Shown here: piece by piece, positions 61,612-64,000 of the stretch
How positions within the stretch are numbered: the first letter of the stretch is position 1
How the letters are laid out: every line of letters begins with the position of its first letter
Source: Patescibacteria group bacterium
GTDB lineage: Bacteria; Patescibacteriota; Patescibacteriia; JAHIZJ01
DNA length: 64,000 nucleotides
Direction: 5' to 3'
Assembly (NCBI GenBank): GCA_041650335.1
Contig: JBAZLK010000001.1
Coordinates: 228,940-292,939 of the forward strand
The notes under the pieces: generated by a model
Database searches by the model: none
The model's input: only the letters and a program-made list of their open reading frames with translations
Told to the model about the DNA's origin: nothing
Program-made: the position numbers and the translations under genes

Positions 61612-62334
61612 ATGACACAAATATCCATATTTGATACTATGAAACAGTCTATGAATGAAAAAATGATCCGGCTTTCACCAAGCACTGGCCTGAATCTTTA
61701 CCGCGAATGTCCGCGCTGTTTTTGGCTGCATCACAATAAAGGCATCCATCGGCCGCGCGGAATATTCCCGTCTTTGCCCGGCGGGATGGATCTGGTCATC
61801 AAGGACTACATGGACAGCTTCCGAAAACGCGACGCCATGCCGCCTGAACTCGCCGGACAAGTAGAAGGCAAACTCATGACTGACCTGGCTTTGATGAATA
61901 AATGGCGAAATTGGCGCACCGGCATGGAATATAAAGACACTGCGATGAACGCCGTACTTTTCGGCGCGCTTGACGAATGCCTCTTTGATAATGGCACGTA
62001 CATCCCGCTTGATTATAAAACGAGGGGGAGCGCGCCAAAAGAGGGGGACTCAGAACGGTATTATCAAGCCCAGCTCGACGCCTACACCTTGCTTTTATCT
62101 GAAAACGGCTATCCGACAAAGAATCTCGCCTATTTGCTGTACTATTATCCCCATGAGGTCAGGCAAAACGGTGAGGTGACATTTCGAACCAAGGTTATCC
62201 GTCTGAGCACTGACGTCGCACGCGCCAAAAAATTATTCAGCGAAGCGGTGCGGGTATTGCGCGGGCCAATTCCGAAACGGCACAGCAACTGCGAGTATTG
62301 CACCTGGAACCACAGCCTTAATGAATTTGATTAA
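61612..62334 (+). CDS. Cas4-like / RecB-family PD-(D/E)XK nuclease with Cys4 cluster (standalone, no CRISPR context)
   Basis: N-terminal CPRC; motif II GALDE; motif III IPLDYKT; QxxxY (YYQAQLDAYTLLL); C-terminal CEYC. ORF trimmed to the Met after the truB stop. Confidence 0.55.
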   Translation: MTQISIFDTMKQSMNEKMIRLSPSTGLNLYRECPRCFWLHHNKGIHRPRGIFPSLPGGMDLVIKDYMDSFRKRDAMPPELAGQVEGKLMTDLALMNKWRNWRTGMEYKDTAMNAVLFGALDECLFDNGTYIPLDYKTRGSAPKEGDSERYYQAQLDAYTLLLSENGYPTKNLAYLLYYYPHEVRQNGEVTFRTKVIRLSTDVARAKKLFSEAVRVLRGPIPKRHSNCEYCTWNHSLNEFD

Positions 62335-62351
62335 CCATTAACGAAAATGCC

Positions 62352-62798
62352 ATGATGCGACTAATGAGTCATAATTTTATTGACAGCGGAAAAATTCCGT
62401 CAAAATACACCTGCGACAGCGAAGGAGTAAATCCGCATTTATCTTGGGAGGGCGCACCCGAGGGGACGAAAAGTTTTGCCGTAACCTGCCTTGATCCGGA
62501 TGCGACCATCGGCGAGTTCGCCCATTGGCTCATCGTCAATATTCCACCAACGGTACACGAAATTCCTGAGCAGTCCTCTTGTCCAGCCGGCGCTGATGAG
62601 ATCGAGAATGACTCTGGCCGACCCGGCTACCACGGACCATGTCCACCGCGCGGCGAGCATCGGTATATTTTCACGATCTATGCGCTGGGGATTGAACATG
62701 TCGAGGGATTAAACCGGGAAACATTTGTGGCTGAGGTAAAAAAACACGCACTTGATTCGGCCTCCCTGACAGGACTATATCAACGGGTTATTCGATAA
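62352..62798 (+). CDS. YbhB/YbcL-family phosphatidylethanolamine-binding protein (PEBP/RKIP-like)
   Basis: GKIPSKYTC...NPHLSWEGAPEGTKSFAV...DPDA...HWLIVNIP...GYHGPCPP.GEHRYIFTIYAL. Confidence 0.8.
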   Translation: MMRLMSHNFIDSGKIPSKYTCDSEGVNPHLSWEGAPEGTKSFAVTCLDPDATIGEFAHWLIVNIPPTVHEIPEQSSCPAGADEIENDSGRPGYHGPCPPRGEHRYIFTIYALGIEHVEGLNRETFVAEVKKHALDSASLTGLYQRVIR

Positions 62799-62803
62799 AA
62801 AGA

Positions 62804-63967
62804 ATGGGATCAGAAAAATACTATTCATACCGGGGGAAAATGAGTCGTGCCAATCGAAAATTCAGCACGGTCTACGTTGTTATCGGATGCATAGTTGCGC
62901 TCATTGCTGGCGCAATAATTATTGTGGCGAGTAGGCATACGCCGGTTTCCAGCCCTTTGGGTCTCTTAGCCGGTACCTCAAAGGGTGCGTCAGATAATTC
63001 CGGTACCAATACTTCTCCGCCAACTCGGTCTGGAAGAACCACCCTTATCGCAGTTGGCGATATCATGCTTTCGCGGACAGTCGGTCAGAAAATACGTGAG
63101 CACGGGATCGGGTACCCCTTCGAAAAAACCACCGGAATATTAACCTCGGGCGATTTTGCTTTTGGCAATCTCGAAACTTCGATTACCGAGGGGCCGGTTG
63201 TGAAAAGCGGAACGATGATGTTCCGGGCTGATCCCGGCGTTGAAAACGCCCTCAAGGATAATGAGCTCATCATTCTTTCGCTGGCGAACAATCATACGCC
63301 AAATTACGGACAGAAAGGCCTGCTTGATACGTTTGATTATCTGACAAAGGCTGGAATCCAATATGTTGGGGCTGGGAAGAATGGTGAAGAGGCGCATACT
63401 CCGAAAATAGTTGAGCGCGCCGGCACGCGCATTGCCTTCCTTGCCTACAACGACAGCGATGTCGTACCGGCGTCGTATGAAGCGAGTTCCAGTCGGGCCG
63501 GGACTGCTCTGATGAATATCAATACGTTGAAGAAAGATATTGAAACAGCGAAACAAAAAGCTGACGTTGTTTTTGTGTCAATGCATTCAGGTACGGAATA
63601 CGTCCCTGGCCCCAATGCGCGGCAGACTGCTTTTGCCCACGCGGCCATTGAGGCCGGCGCCGAGTTGGTCATTGGCCATCATCCTCATGTTGTTCAAAGC
63701 GTCGAGGAATATCAGGGCAAGCTCATCATCTATAGTTTAGGAAATTTTGTCTTTGATCAAATGTGGTCGACTGAAACGCAGCAGGGCGTCGTGGCCGAAA
63801 TTTTACTGGCCGGATCAACGGTAACGAATGTCGAATTTACGCCGATCATGATTGAAGACTATGCACAGCCGCGTCTCGCGCAAGGCGAGGAGATTAATAC
63901 GATTCTTGATCGTCTCCAGCTGGATAAAATCAGCCAGCGCGCTTCTGGCTGGTCGCCCGACAAGTGA
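62804..63967 (+). CDS. CapA-family poly-gamma-glutamate synthesis / metallophosphatase-like protein, membrane-anchored
   Basis: N-terminal TM; IAVGDIMLSR...GNLE...LANNH...HSGTEY...GHHPHVVQ are calcineurin-like/CapA motifs. Confidence 0.75.
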   Translation: MGSEKYYSYRGKMSRANRKFSTVYVVIGCIVALIAGAIIIVASRHTPVSSPLGLLAGTSKGASDNSGTNTSPPTRSGRTTLIAVGDIMLSRTVGQKIREHGIGYPFEKTTGILTSGDFAFGNLETSITEGPVVKSGTMMFRADPGVENALKDNELIILSLANNHTPNYGQKGLLDTFDYLTKAGIQYVGAGKNGEEAHTPKIVERAGTRIAFLAYNDSDVVPASYEASSSRAGTALMNINTLKKDIETAKQKADVVFVSMHSGTEYVPGPNARQTAFAHAAIEAGAELVIGHHPHVVQSVEEYQGKLIIYSLGNFVFDQMWSTETQQGVVAEILLAGSTVTNVEFTPIMIEDYAQPRLAQGEEINTILDRLQLDKISQRASGWSPDK

Positions 63968-64000
63968 AGCGGTGTTATCCATTGTGACAAACAGAAAGAC

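Overview
This is a 64 kb bacterial chromosomal segment, densely coding, with a backbone of roughly 50-53% GC interrupted by short GC-rich (60-67%) and AT-rich (~35%) islets. It reads like a small-genome monoderm-type bacterium, possibly CPR/Patescibacteria-like. That attribution is inference only, from Lys-rich ribosomal-protein extensions, an archaeal-type ProRS, pseudopilins with large C-terminal domains and weak Shine-Dalgarno usage. The content, in order:

- **1-1.4 kb:** 3' end of pyrG and rpmA.
- **1.4-10.3 kb (minus strand):** a type IV pilus operon, pilB-pilC-three GFTLIE pseudopilins-pilM-pilN-pilO-small PilP-like protein.
- **10.4-13.2 kb:** a GT39/ArnT-like glycosyltransferase.
- **13.2-30.3 kb:** the dcw cell-wall cluster in two permuted blocks, mraY-[P-loop kinase, cupin, insert]-murD-ftsW-murG-murC-murB, then mraZ-rsmH-ftsL-ftsI-murF, separated by a large divergent surface-protein gene.
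- **30.8-33.1 kb:** an asparaginase-family protein, a nucleoside-deoxyribosyltransferase-like protein with a ribbon-helix-helix tail, and ssb.
- **33.3-35.3 kb:** a GC-rich islet carrying a PEGA/beta-propeller lipoprotein and a Cys-rich small ORF.
- **35.4-37.4 kb:** an AT-rich islet with a C39-like peptidase and an adjacent HD phosphohydrolase plus P-loop kinase pair.
- **37.6-42.97 kb:** a GC-rich secreted protein, a heliorhodopsin, and an ABC-2 transporter.
- **43.0-47.3 kb:** the infA-rpmJ-rpsM-rpsK-rpsD-rpoA-rplQ-rplM-rpsI operon. RpoA lacks the alpha-CTD and carries an AT-hook tail.
- **47.4-54.2 kb:** Wzx flippase and two glycosyltransferases, tRNA-Thr, rpmG, an atypical tRNA-Trp and proS.
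- **54.3-64.0 kb:** a histidine kinase / response regulator pair, a GC-rich repeat protein, a pair of half-ferritin-like ORFs, typA, truB, a Cas4-like PD-(D/E)XK nuclease, a PEBP-family protein and CapA.

No CRISPR array, no rRNA and no recognisable transposase or integrase were seen.

The most unusual structures I could read directly:

1. A tandem-duplication/cassette scar between mraY and murD.
2. The heliorhodopsin gene.
3. A tRNA-Trp(CCA) with a non-canonical D-loop and T-loop.
4. A ~90 bp element with terminal inverted repeats, present in two copies.
5. Recurrent compositional islets whose genes share a GGAGGAGGGTC ribosome-binding motif.
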